Assembly: GCA_036172245.1 (NCBI GenBank)
Contig: JAYWIR010000078.1
Coordinates: 310,001 to 358,622, forward strand
Source of the DNA: Raillietiella orientalis
Taxonomy: Eukaryota
DNA length: 48,622 bases
Direction: 5' to 3'
The notes under the pieces are model-generated. The model did no database searches. It saw nothing but the letters and a program-made list of their open reading frames with translations, and was not told the origin of the DNA. Positions 24,787 to 37,449 of the stretch are shown in pieces; within the stretch, counting starts at the first letter, position 1; each line of letters opens with the position of its first letter. A program made the translations under genes and the position numbers.

Positions 24787-25146
24787 CAGATTTCTTGCAG
24801 ATCTACTATCATGATAGGGATAGCCCTTTCTTAACTGTGCATTAAATTTATTCAATCAGCACTTTTTAAAATAAAACGAACTCTTTGCAAGTCGGCAATA
24901 GCAAAACGATTCACAGTTTCAAATTTTGTTATAAAGCTGATTTAGTTTCGCAACTGGGTATGACTTGGTAACCATGAAGGGAAAAGGTATGTTTTACGTG
25001 TTGCGAGAGTTTTGTTGGTATGCTGCAAACGAGTGATAGGGTATTTAAATTATTACATATTCAAATTCCCCGTTTATTTGGAACCATGATGTGCTAGATT
25101 ACCGACTTTTCTTGAATTCTGCAAGATAATTTTATCCAATCCAACA

Positions 25147-28100
25147 ATGGCTCTTCACTTAGTGGTCAAAGTGCATCCCGTAGTACTGTTTCAAATTGTT
25201 GACTCATATGAAAGAAGAGATGAACATGCTAGGAGAACCGTTGGAACGCTTTTGGGTAATAGAAAATTCCTGTTTTTTGTTACGATGCTTTGGAACTTTT
25301 ACAAATATGAAAAACATCATCTGATGGTTTTACCATGCCATGACGTGATATTGTAAAGGTCACAGCCTCGAGATGCATTGGACTATTAAGAATTTTTTGA
25401 TTTAGATTCATTTCTACCAAAATTAACTTATGGCGAATTAAGTTGAAGCGAAATGTCATAAATGATTGTTTCTTATATAGTGCTGGTTTATCTTTTGAGT
25501 ATTTCAGTACTGTACCGAAATACTTTATTAAGTTTTTTAATGTTGCAAATGTTTTGGTTTTCTTATCTGAAAAAAAGGTCTGCTGAACTTTCACGAAGGT
25601 CTGTTAATTAAGCATTTGTTCTGTTAGCTTTATCATCATACCACATTCTTTAGAATTTGGTATATTTTAGCCTTTCTAGCTCCTAAGAGATAGTTAATAG
25701 ATTTTGCGAAGTGTTTATGTTCTTCCATCAAGTAAGCGCTTTTCACATGTCCTTGTAATATTTTATTGCGTGGTACTTTTGAAAAAATTCTTATTGTTGA
25801 TATTGTGTATGATGTCCCGGGATACACACAGAAGTGTGTATTCCGGGACATCAGTTTTGACATTACGATCATTCTGAACAAAATTCCGGTGTTCATGTAA
25901 AAGAAAAAATGATCCTAAGCGACTCTTGAAGTCTTACCTATAAAGTTAATGATCATTTGAAAGAAAACGTTTTTAAATTTTATGAATCATGACATTTCAT
26001 GAAGTAATAACATACAGGAAACCTAAATTACACAGACTGTATTGAATTTCACCGTAGCTTCCCTGTACAAAATGTGTTTTATGAAATTACAAGTATTAAA
26101 ATTTAACTATGGATTTCAGAATTATATTGATCTTTAGTGATCAGATATTATGAATATCAGTGAATAATAGTGTGGAACACCACAGAAACTTTTTTGACTA
26201 ACATTCTGTAAGTTGTTAAGTTTGTGGTTTTTTATGATTTAGAATATTCAAAGTCACTATACTTCATGTGTAAAGGATGTTAAGGATGAATTATGACAAT
26301 ATTGTTATTTCCAGTATGCTCAGGGTTCATATTGAGTGGAATGTGTTATTTTTGTAAATTTTGGGCTTTTAAGTTACACTACTTGTTTATAAAGCAGGAA
26401 AACCACATTTCCAGCTGTATTCTAATTAGATGTATGAAAGTATTTTAAGTCTTTAGCATTTATGATGTTTTCATGCTATCTGTTATATCTCATCCATTTG
26501 GTTGAGTGTATTTCAAGTTTTTTTAGGTTGGAATTTAACATCTGAGAGTATTGATTCTGCTGGTGATGTTGCTCTCCATCTGCATATGTGCAATCATTTT
26601 TATTTTAACCATAGGCACCATAGTCATTTACTTAGTATCTTAAGGGCTATCTAGAAAGGTTGGAAGGAAATGTTGTATGTATGCCATCTTCTGTCAGCAT
26701 TTTGTCTAGAGCATGCATTTTCAGTGACCAGCAAGTGTGAATTTAATTTTAATTAAATATTTTGGACTTGTCATTTTTTATGCATGGCATATCTCACACT
26801 TAATGGATGATGTTTTCATTTATTATTTTTAATTGAATAGAACTGATATGATAGAACATGATATTAAAATTGAATATGAAGACAACACTGTGTTTTATAA
26901 AAAGTATAAATGGTCACAGTTCACATGACTATGGTGAAACAAGTACCCATTAAATGTAACTTTTGTTATAAGTAGAGTTACAAGCTTGTACTTGTTATTT
27001 GCAGACTTATTTTAATATCATGTCATTTTAATATAACTAGTAAAGAAGTTTTGAATGCTATGCAATTAAGTTTCCAAGAATGATTTCTAGTGATATAGTG
27101 AAGTAAATAGGGGATTTCTTTCAGGGTAGATTGGTTTCTAGATATATTCCATATGTATTTGATATGCTAGTAGGGAATCCAATAGAGTGATCTGTAAAAA
27201 AAAGTATTTTGGAAACTTCATGTTTTTAAAAGGCTTCATTCTAGATGAAGAATTTGGGTTTAGTGATTGTACTGCATGCATTCTAATTTCTCACTTCCCC
27301 CTCCCATTTGCAGTATTTGACTTCCAAATAATGAAAAAGTTCAATTACTGGGTCGCTTTTATAGTGATTGATTTTGATCATTATAGAATATCCATAAGAA
27401 ATCAAATTCTTTTTTGTTTTTTTTATGTTGCAGTGATAAATTATTCAGATACAGAAGTGTGAGTATTAAGCATGATCTCTTATGGTTTTCATTGACATTG
27501 AATATAGAGCTATGACCTAAACTTGTGTGTTATTTACTTGTGATACGAAATATTCTATGTATCTTACAAACAAAGTTGAATGCGAGTGGAATCAAAAATT
27601 GTATGAAGATCTGTGAATGGAGATGATAAGCTATTTTTTTGGAATGTAATACTGTGGGAGCAACCATGCATAAGACTATCACCAATTTTAATAAAACAAA
27701 GTTTCAAATAAAGTTTCATTTCATTATCAGGTACTTATACACGAATTGTTTCGATATATGTTTTTTTCAGATGTATAGGTTAGGTGGTTTTCATTTAGCT
27801 ACCTGTAAATATGATTTTGTAATAACAAACAAAAATATCTGTTATTGTGGGAAGTGGGAATATTTTTAAGGAATCATATTCATCTGAAATGTACTTCATT
27901 TTGTTGCAGAACTTAGTTTTGTTCAAAATTTTCTTTCTAGGAACTGTGGACAAAGGATTTGTTGAAGTTACTAATTGTTTCTGTGTCCCTCACAATGAAG
28001 CAGAAGAAGAGGTATTGAATTGATTAATAGAAGAAGTGTAAACAGAGATTATGCTTAGGTTGTAATGGGCATTGACTTTGCAAAAGAAATGTTTGATCTG

Positions 28101-29453
28101 TATCATAAAGTCAATCCATCAGAAGTAATTGTTGGTTGGTATGCCACAAGTCCTTATGTGAGTGAACATTCAGTGTTGATTCATGATTACTTTTCAAGAG
28201 AATGTAATCAGCCTATCCATTTAACTGTGGACACCTTTTTGAACAATATGCGAATGAGCATAAAGGCATATGTTGGGTAAGGTGATTTGAAATCTTGAGA
28301 ATCTTAATGAGCTGTCCTTCATTTTCATCAGTGTTCCAATGGGTGCACCCAATCGTACACAAGGCATAATGTTTGCACCTATCCCTGTTGAAATATTAGC
28401 CTTTGAACCAGAGCTAGTAGGAGGTATTTTCTTATATTTTAACTTGATAGATCAAAAATGATAATTAATGGAGATTCATTTAGTAATTAAGTATAAACTA
28501 AGAACTTCCACTTGTTTGACTGAAGCTGTGAAACAGTTACACAGTTTTACTTTGGTATTTTATTTGCAATTTGCTTTAAATTTGGCTTAAAGTATAGGTG
28601 TTGCTGTATATCTATATTGAAAATCTGTTGTTTTCTGTTCAGTATATCGTTATTTGTTATCTTCTTTTGTTTGAGTAGCAGACATAATGCAAGATTAACA
28701 TGCAACTTATAGCAAAGAAAAAGTAAAAAAATAAATAATATTTGAAAATTGAATATAGTTTCTAAATTTTCTTGATACTCTCAAGATAATTTCAGTTTAC
28801 AAGCAATATATTTTATGAATTGATTTAAGTAGGTTTGGCCTGATAGCACATTCAAAAAGATCAGTTAATGTAGTTTTCCCCTTAATTTTCCGTCGGTGAA
28901 ATGACTATTGTATTCACCATTGAATATTCATTACTCTTCTTTACGTATGGATAATTTTGGTTTTGTTTGTTTCGGAATCAAGGAGTTATATTAAAGGGAA
29001 AGAATAACGAATTGCGTTGAACTCCATGCTCAGAAACATTGATTTGTCTCTGTCTCCTTTTTTCACAGTTCAAGTAGCACAGAAAACCAAATGTTCTTCT
29101 GAAAGGACAACTAAATGCCAGTCAGAGTTGACCCAGATTGCACATGTCACAGGATCCTTGGAGATCATGCTAGACATAGTGCTCAATTATGTGGAACAAG
29201 TTGTTTCAGGAAATGCTACGCCTGATAATAAAGTTGGGAGATTGCTTCTGAAACTCATTAATTCTGTACCTAAAATGAATCCAGAAGAGTTTGAGGAGAT
29301 GTTAAACACCAATGTCAAGGTCAGGAAATTAACAATAAATAATCTTTATCTTATTTTCATCAGGATTTGCTGATGGTAATTTATCTGTCTCAGTTGTGTA
29401 GAACTCAAGTGTTGATCAATGAAAAGCTCTGTTTACTGAATGCTGGAACATGA
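25147..29453 (+). CDS. EIF3F: Eukaryotic translation initiation factor 3 subunit F (MPN domain), 276 aa, 6 exons
   Basis: Exons 25147-25255, 27941-28011, 28059-28276, 28332-28423, 29069-29319, 29364-29453 (TGA), 831 nt in frame. [65 protein letters not shown] and [11 protein letters not shown]...QVLINEKL are typical of eIF3f. Confidence 0.95.
25810..25853. repeat. Near-perfect inverted repeat (20-bp stem, 4-nt loop) in eIF3f intron 1
   Basis: TGATGTCCCGGGATACACAC-AGAA-GTGTGTATTCCGGGACATCA: 19 Watson-Crick pairs plus one G-U on the + strand. Confidence 0.9.
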
Positions 29454-29458
29454 ATAAA
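29453..29458 (+). promoter_or_regulatory. Candidate polyadenylation signal of eIF3f overlapping the stop codon
   Basis: TGAATAAA: the AATAAA hexamer shares its first A with the TGA stop; T-rich sequence follows. Confidence 0.5.
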
Positions 29459-29799
29459 TTCTTTCGAACAATCTTGGCGTACGAAGTTTTTTATTCATGA
29501 GTAAGATACAACTCAAATGGGTAGCATTTTCATTTTTAATGTGGATAAAACGCTACGTATGCATGATGAAACATACAAAGAAAAAGTGTTTTGACAAGAA
29601 TTCAAGTGTGTCAGCTTCTTAGGAAACTTTAGAAAACAGCATGGTGTCTTGTCACTGGGACTGGAAACATCAGCATGCTTGGTGCTCACAATCTCCTCGT
29701 CGAAAGACTCCCTAATAGTTGACTGCATGGTGTTGCAGGAGTACTGCTGTTGAGATGAGAAACTCACTTGCTGCAGTCCTATATTGATGACAACCTGCA

Positions 29800-30310
29800 T
29801 TTTTTCGTGTTGCCTTGGGCATCCACGTGTCTTGTGAAAGCACAAAACAGTTCAGGCGTGTGTATCCGATGTATGCCGTGCACGAGTGGAATGTGTCCTT
29901 TTTTTGTGTTGCAAAAAGGATGAATGAACTGGATGGTGTGGATGACAGGGGCATGTTGAAACAGTTGTGCTACCTCAAAGTCAGAAGGTGCAACAGAACA
30001 TTGCTTCATGAACAAGGAGCATCCTCACCGGCATCTTGTTTAGAAAGACGGAATGGAAAATTGGTTTCTAGATTTTCATGGACAAGGAAGTGAAGAATTC
30101 GGCAGCATGGTTTTGGTGGAATGCATAAATGCTTAGCGCTTTAGCGTGGGAAATGCCTTTGTTCGGTAGCATTGGTTCCAATAGGTGTTCAGTGGAATAA
30201 GGGATGATGCAGCGGTGGGTTGTGATTTTCTCGTAGTTGGGGTCCTTGTTGAGGAAGATGATGAAGCGAGGTGGATCGTATAATTTAAGGTGACGTTGAC
30301 ATTTTCATGG
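29800..30310 (-). mobile_element. Possible decayed gag-like ORF1 of an I/Jockey-group LINE
   Basis: Minus-strand YDPPRFIIFLNKDP (about 80 open codons) and, downstream in another frame, AYIGYTRLNCF. The minus strand is A/C-rich. Confidence 0.3.
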
Positions 30311-30785
30311 AGCCCAGCGTTCCGATTTTCCGGCTTTGCATAATGCCGTAGTTGCTGTAGTCATGTGAGGTCCAGCACGATGATTTTGTCTCCTTTCCCC
30401 ATGTGGTTGGCGCCGCTCTATTTGCGATTGGTTACGTGCAGTGCGTAGCATATGATATGTTTAGCTTCTGTGGTGTTTCCCCAGTTACCTTGGTAGTCGG
30501 TGTACCAATGTGTATCTCGGTGGTCGGGTTCTCTTCGCATGAGGTCTGTGGCGTTCTTCGCCGTCGTTGTTAGCTTTTGAGGCTCATTGGATTGCTTGTG
30601 GATTAGGATTGTGCGAGTCTGTTGCTGTCGATGTTGAAGCCATTCTGTTTATCGAACGGTGGTGGTTCTTTTTCTGTTTTTTCCCTCTTTTCTGTATGCG
30701 AAGATCTAAAAGCATTGTGTTCCTTTGTGTTTGTAATCGATGTACTTGATCTTGTATAGTGTTAGTGTTAGAGTGTTAGAGTGAG

Positions 30786-31010
30786 CTATCTTTGATCATC
30801 GATGACCTCCACCTCATCACCTGCCACTCCACCACTAGCAACCACCAAAGAATAAGCCGCAGCCACCCCGTGATCATTCAACCTGCTTACAACACATCAC
30901 AACCCTGGGTTCCCACGCTCTAGTCTTCCACTCATTAGTCACTCCATATCTATACAAAACCTATCCAAACGCATCCAAACTTGATCTCACTCTCTGTGGA
31001 AACCACGAAG
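30786..31010 (+). mobile_element. Possible LINE reverse transcriptase fragment
   Basis: LSLIIDDLHL...IQPAYNTSQPW resembles 'sLyADDl...lQ.aln.l..W'. The + strand is A/C-rich and carries stops. Confidence 0.3.
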
Positions 31011-32076
31011 ATTCTGATTCTACGTAGGCGTTTAGTCGTCATAAGTGCAAACATTAACAAACCAGTAATATAACACATTAAAAAACACACAGAGAGAAAA
31101 ATATGAAAGAGGAGAATTCCGAACACATTTCCTCCGTTTCAGCCATGATGATACACCTTCATCAGCCGAAGGAAACTCATTATCCAACCAATTACCTAAT
31201 AACCAGGCCGTCCATCTCCTCATAACACGGAGAACACCTAATAATTAACCTAAAATTGGATTCATGCTCCCTTGCTTTCCCTATCGATAAGAAGATGGAG
31301 TTGCTGGCAACGCCGTTTATATCACATGTGAGATCATGAAAACAGAAAAACGGGAAGAGCTGATCAATGAGTTCATTATGTCAGATCGTTCTCTGGTGTA
31401 CCACCCTAACCCAGTGAAACACCAATGACTTCACATTCCGCTGGTGTTTCTGCGAATCACGACTCTCTAAGCATCCTTTAAGGATCGCATTCGCACCCTT
31501 TGTACTGTTTTCCGAGCGAACGGAAGTGGCGACTCAGATCGTCATTCCAAGCCGTTCATGACGGAGACACGAGGCACACGCACATGCAACACGCTCGACC
31601 CTTTCATTTCGTCCCGTCTCTCTCCGTCGCGGAAAGGCCTCTCTTTCACGGGAAAGAACACGCAGGAGGCCTTCGGTGGTTCGTCGCTGCCAGCTGACAA
31701 GAGATCTTTCGGTTCGCAGCTCGCCTTCCGAGCGTCCCACGAACGCTCACTTAACAGTCCCGCTGATCCCACATCACACGCCACCCTTCAGAAAGTCACC
31801 ATTGACCCCGAGAGTAGTCGGATAGATGAGGCGGTCAGAGCTATGATGGGGGCTATTATGTCTCTGCTAATTGTGGAAAGTAGAATCATTGCTGATGGTG
31901 AGAGGGAGATGATGAATATGGGAGTTTTTGTCAGGATAGTATCGCCACTCGAGCTGAATCCGACTCGAGCAGGCTCGCGTGGATGTGCAACAAGCTTCAC
32001 CCAACGGTCCCGCTTTTGGTGGCTTCTTTCCGGTTTCCCGGTCAACTGAGAGGCCTTCTCGAGCAACCCGAGCTAG

Positions 32077-35000
32077 ATGTCTCTGTCCTTGCGCGCGGTA
32101 GCATCCCCGATATCCCCCCGCAGCAGGAAGGAAGTAGAACGATACGCACCCTCAGCTGTTCCCAAGTTCCTCGTTAACACGGCCGACCCTGGCAGCGACG
32201 TCCCCACACGTGAGCAGGGATTGCGCTTCCTAGCCGACGCACCCTGCCGCGGACAGGACGTTGGGAGCGGCAACAGCAAACAGAAGAGAAAGAAGGCGGG
32301 AACGCTGCGGTGAGGGAAGGGGTAATCGGGAACTGGAAGCAGGTTTTGCACCTCCGGCTGCACTCACCGGTGAAAACGCAAACATCAAAATGGAGACAAA
32401 TCAAGCGCATTCCAGGAAATCCTCCCCATGGGAAGACATTCGAGCAACCACGCTGGAAACAAACGCGGTACTTCCTTTGTTCGCCACGGATGCCGAGAGC
32501 AGTTCTCGCGATCCCATTCCACCGTACACTTGATTCCCTCGCTGGACCTTTTTCAAGCGTGCTGCAAAACCGCTTGCTGAGGAAAGCTTGGCTGACTACA
32601 ACTCGACACATTTCAGCTCCGCGCAACACGCATGCAATCATACACGGATGCGCAGGCGCGCCAGTAGTTTTTCCCTCAGTCTCGAGTTGCCGCAGGTCCT
32701 CGTTGAGACCTCGAGATTCGATCACAGCTTCCCCTCCCGTCGACGAGACTTTCTTGGGCGCCTCCCTTTCCTGGGAGCTGTCGCATACGAGCGCCACCAT
32801 TCAGCCGATATCGCACACCTCGCAAGGGACTTCCAGGGGAAGTCCCGAGTTCCGTGCGATGCGTTCCCGTCAGATCTGTGCCCACCGGTCTACTCCAACC
32901 AACCTGCAAACGTGATTGCAGGTGGTCGGACTGCAGGCTCGCCAGCGCCGTTTTTTCCTTCCTCGTCTCGCCTGGCTCGCACACGCTCATCCTTTCCTTT
33001 CCAGGTGCCTGGATCTGAGGGCTGCCTACCTTTGCCAGAATGAAAAAAATGGCACCGCCCTTCCCGAAGGAGATTCCGACTCTCCTCATTCGAAGAACGA
33101 TCTATTCTTCTCAAGGGGGTGCCAGGCAAAGGAATCCCTGATAGAACGGTGAGAAATGCTGCCTGCCTCGATCCTTTGCTCGCCTACGCCCATGCGAAGA
33201 ACGCGGCATTCGAGCTGATCCGTGCGTCTGCGCTCCGCGTTGAGAGCTTGAATATCTCGATGAGCATGGATGCCATTCGAGAGGTTTCAGGCGAGCCGTA
33301 CGGTCTGCCCATGCAATCAAATGTGTGCCTTGCCAAATAGCTGTTACGTACCAGGAAGAACCATCCGCAGCGCGCGGATGCTCTCATTCACTTACGCAGA
33401 CACATCGCACCTCTTCCCACCCCGAATTGTTTCCGTGGAACGTCATCACCTGAGCGAAAGACCCGAAAGCGGCACTTCTTCGATCCGGAGGAGGCGGCAG
33501 GCGTTGCGACCACCGCGTGCTTCACCCGACCGATTGGTTCACCAGAGGACTCTCCGTCGCCTGCCCTGTGGCAATAGGGCGAACGCTTGTTGGTAGATCC
33601 TGCAATCGGCTTTCGCTCTCCTTCTGGAGGTTTCCCGCTCATCCACTCGCCGAATGAAGAGCTTCATCCTCCCGTTGCTGCTGGTCCGAACTGGAATTGG
33701 CAAATCCTCCCATCTTGACTGGATCCGTGGAGAGGGAGACGCCGCTTTGGAAACAAAGGACACTTCGCGTATGCAGTGTCCCCACCATGAGAGACTCGCC
33801 TTGCGTTCTCGCTGCGTGACGTATGCGGGCTGTCTCTTGCTCAAACGAGAAAACACTCGCGACCCCGTCGACCTTGTCCACCGTCTCCTTGGCAGAGGAC
33901 CCGCATGATCGCGCGGATCGTTGCCGCCGACGAAAGAAAATTATGGAAAACTGCGCGACGCCTCCTCGTTCGATAGTTCCCTCCGGATACGAGCTGACGA
34001 AGATCTCCCCTTGCATGCACCCGTACAGTCTTCCAGCACCGAGTCATCCGCACGGTTTGTTGTCCAGAGGCTGTCCAGTCCCGCAGGAGGATAGGCTGGA
34101 GTAGTCTTATTTCGCGGACAACCGGAAACCGGAACCGGGTACCTGGAAACGCCGCCAGTCGTGCGAGGAACACAAACCTGCGAAACGAGACGTCGCCTTC
34201 CGCTCCAGCTTCCGGAAGACGAGATGGTGCTCACCCCATCTCCCATTCGCGTAGTTGGCATGTCCGGTTCTCGCGCAGGTCTTTCCTGTGAAGGGGAACG
34301 AAGAGATCTCTTCTCTTGCTCCCCGCGCGGAGGTTTAATTCAGGCATTCGCTCTGATCATTCAATCGGCCTTGGAGAGGAATCTCGGCGGCAAGGTGGAC
34401 ATTTCTCGCCAACGGCCCGTCTCCTCTCGGGGGATGAGTAGACCTGCTGGCGCCATCACGGGTGTCAGGAGATGCGGATCCGGTCCGTAGGGGCTCCTTC
34501 CGAACCTCTGACAACGGACAAGGATGGCAGTGGGAAAGGCAGGGATGCTCTGTTCAGCTAAGCGTCTGGGTCGCAGGCTACGGAAGCCTGGAGCACGTGC
34601 TCCGCGTGGGGGTAGGCCTTGCCTTTAGCCTGCCTTTTTCCTCCACCACGTCTTCTGCTTCTCTCTGGGGCGATGGTTTCTGCATTTTCTTTCATCCGAA
34701 CGAGGCGAAAGTCCACGTGTGATGATGCCCGGCTCCTCTTGCAGGGACCTCTTGTTCGGGCTGACGGACGTAGAGGTGTCCTACGAGCAGGCTCGGATGT
34801 ACTCTGAAACTCTGGCGCTGAACCCCGAGGCGTCCGAGGTGGTCTTCAATGTGCTGGATGTGATGGGAAGGTAGAGTTCCGAGCTCCGGCGATGGAGGCA
34901 CTCCTGCTTTCCGCAAATAGTCCTTCGCATCACCCGAAGGACCAGAAAAACTTGCGGCCGAACTCCGCCAGAGCATGGGGGCTACTTCCTGGAGTCTACC

Positions 35001-36920
35001 TCTGCGACACGGAGGTGGCAGCCCAGGTTGATTTGCCTGCCGGCAGATGTGGTCTATAGGGTCCCCTGCTCTTTTTGACCTGTTCCTCGCACTGTCCTCT
35101 TTCTTCTCCTTTCATCGTCTCGCTTCTCTCTTCCTTGCGTCCCTTTCAATCTTTTGGAGGGACTGCAGCTCCAGCAAACTTAGGAGTGGTGTGGGATGGG
35201 TCCAGAGCTCATCATTTTACGATTTGTGGGACTTTCAGAAGAGGTCTGCTGAATCTGCAATGCTCTCCTGTATAGGGGAAAGGAAAGAAAGAAGGAAAGG
35301 AGGAACAGTTTCCGTAGCAGTAAGTGGATGACCTCCGTCTACTCCCATCCCTGCCTCCTTCTCTGATTTCAACGCGTCTGTGCATCGTTTTGGGCGCTGG
35401 CAGCCGCCAGGATGTCGAGAAGCGCCATAGCAGATGTCAGCAGGGTCCGGCGGTACTTTGCAGGCATTTCTTGCCGAGATCGCGGATTGCTGCCCTCCGG
35501 TGACCAGGTGGTTTCCTTGACGGGTCTCATTTGAACGAGGAGCGTCCTCGCTGGCAGGTGCTCGGTTGCCACTGCATCGCGGAAGAGGACGCTCCCATAC
35601 TTCCCAGGTGAGCGATCCAGTAAGTGCGAGGACAGTTTTCCGAGTCTAAGGAATGTCCTACTCTGGGGAAGCGGAGACGCTGGGGAAACCCTGCGGGCTG
35701 CCCCTGAGCAGATTTCGGAGCCCTGCTTCCGGGATGGATTTCGGACTCTTCTTTCTTCTCACCTCAGAAGGACGAAGCGTGCGTCCTGCGGACTGATGCC
35801 CGCCGAACTTGACCCCTTCCCCTGACTGAGGCGCTGCTACCTCCGTAGGGTCAACGACTGGGAAGCACGGAGGATCGTCGATGTGCTGACCGAGTTCTCG
35901 AAGTACACGAGCACTGGGATCCAGGAGAACCAGGTATTTGTCGCTCAAGTCCCGACTGAGAGAGAGGGTGGGAGACACGCGCAGTGGGAGGGGGAGCCGT
36001 GGTGGCGGTCCTGTGTGGTGTCATTCGGGATGATTCTTCCTCGATTCGCTCCGTGCTGCGCGCATTTGCTGTATGGGAGCTCAGTCCTCACTACGAACGG
36101 TTCGAAGGCGCAGCGGGTCCATGAGGATGCTGGGAAGGATGTCGGGACGCCAGAAGGTCCCGCATACAGGGAGTGGGTTGGACGCTACCCTGTGGCTCCC
36201 CAATCAGCGGAGGAATGGCGGGATGCATCTGCGTGGACCATGCACCCTCTCGTCCTCCACGCCCTGTCGTGGCCTTGCGCCCGATCTGGTTTTGTCCCGC
36301 CTACCCGATTCCTCTCGGAGAGGAGAGGCGCCTGTGGACGTAGCAGCTACTCGTATCGCCGGTCCTTTTCTTGGACGCGGCCTCTCCAGGGAACCCTTCT
36401 CTCCACCATCTCCCTTTGGCTAGAGGGCCAGCAGGTAAGGATTCTCTTCCCTCCGCTCGACCCGGATGCTCCGGGAAAGAAGGAAAGCAGGAAATCCCCG
36501 CTTCTGCTAGTCCACCGCTCCTCTTCCCTGCATGCTTCCATTTCAGGAACGCCTCCCGTTGCACCCTGTCACGGCTCAGGGTGACGTCCGTCCTCTCCCT
36601 CCCATCTCATTCGCGGCGAATGGCCGGAGGGGGCTCGGCTTTTTCGATCTCTCTCTGGGACGCGTGGGCCGGAGAGTGGACGCCCGATGGAAAGGAGGGT
36701 GGAAAGCGCTCCCGACCGGACGGGGATGCTGAGAGGAGGAACCTGGCCTGACCTTCCGGTTTCCTTCCAGTTCAACCAACTCGCTGGCAAATTCTCTTAT
36801 CGTGATAACTTGGCGTCCGCCTGCAGGCGAGCTGCCAGCAGGACCCGCGCCAACATGCAGTGGTTGAACGACAATTCGGCCAGCATCCTGGATTCCCTAA
36901 AGAAGATCTTTAGCTACTGA
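32077..36920 (+). CDS. M1 aminopeptidase C-terminal (ERAP1_C-like) domain-only ORF, ~245 aa, 5 exons; start uncertain
   Basis: Exons 32077 (ATG; or acceptor at 32124/32127)-32309, 33005-33148, 34745-34870, 35849-35933, 36771-36920 (TGA) join in frame (phases 2,2,2,0) with canonical sites. The product has landmarks of the aminopeptidase-N C-terminus in order: FLADAPC, DLRAAYLC, LFFSRGC..ESLIER, LALNPEAS, and terminal RTRANMQWLNDNSASILDSL. Similarity judged by eye. Confidence 0.65.
36050..36200 (+). mobile_element. Possible RTE-type LINE fragment in an intron
   Basis: LLYGSSVLT followed, after a frameshift, by MRMLGRMSG, resembling 'lLYGsE.W...emrmLR.i.G'. Confidence 0.3.
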
Positions 36921-37449
36921 GTCCTCTTTTCCGGCTTTGCACGCGCCTCTGCCTGGAACACTGTTTTCTCCGTTCCACGAGTACGAAACGGAAGAGGATC
37001 TTCCCCGTGATGGGTGAGAGGGAGGGCCTCTTCGTCCCTCCAGAAGAAGGCGTGTCTGGGGGAACTCCAAGAGGAATTCAGGAACCATCCTTCCTTGTCG
37101 CATCGACCTCTCACTGTTCCTCTGATGATGCCCCGCATCGGAAGGAACAACTCGTCGCAGGGACCAGCGACGGATTTTGTCCGGGGAGACCTCAGTGAGC
37201 GCTCCGCGAACATGCAGGAACCTTCCCGTTGCAGTGCTTCCGCTAGACGCGCTTCTCGACTCGACTGTCTCCTAGCCTTCTCCAGCCCGGACTGGAGCTT
37301 TCAGACTCCCGAACGGGTCCCTGTCCACCGGTCGCCTCCCCTTCTTCGATGAGTGCCCGTAAGCGCGCTGGGAAACTGGGAGTGGAGGATCGTTTACGTC
37401 AAGCGAGGCGCGCGACACGGGTCACTACCTCCGTGCTCAGAGGACCGGC

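Noticed and set aside
25256..27940. Possible intronic snoRNA in eIF3f intron 1
   Set aside because: No convincing box C (RTGATGA) / box D pair with terminal stem, and no H/ACA fold seen.
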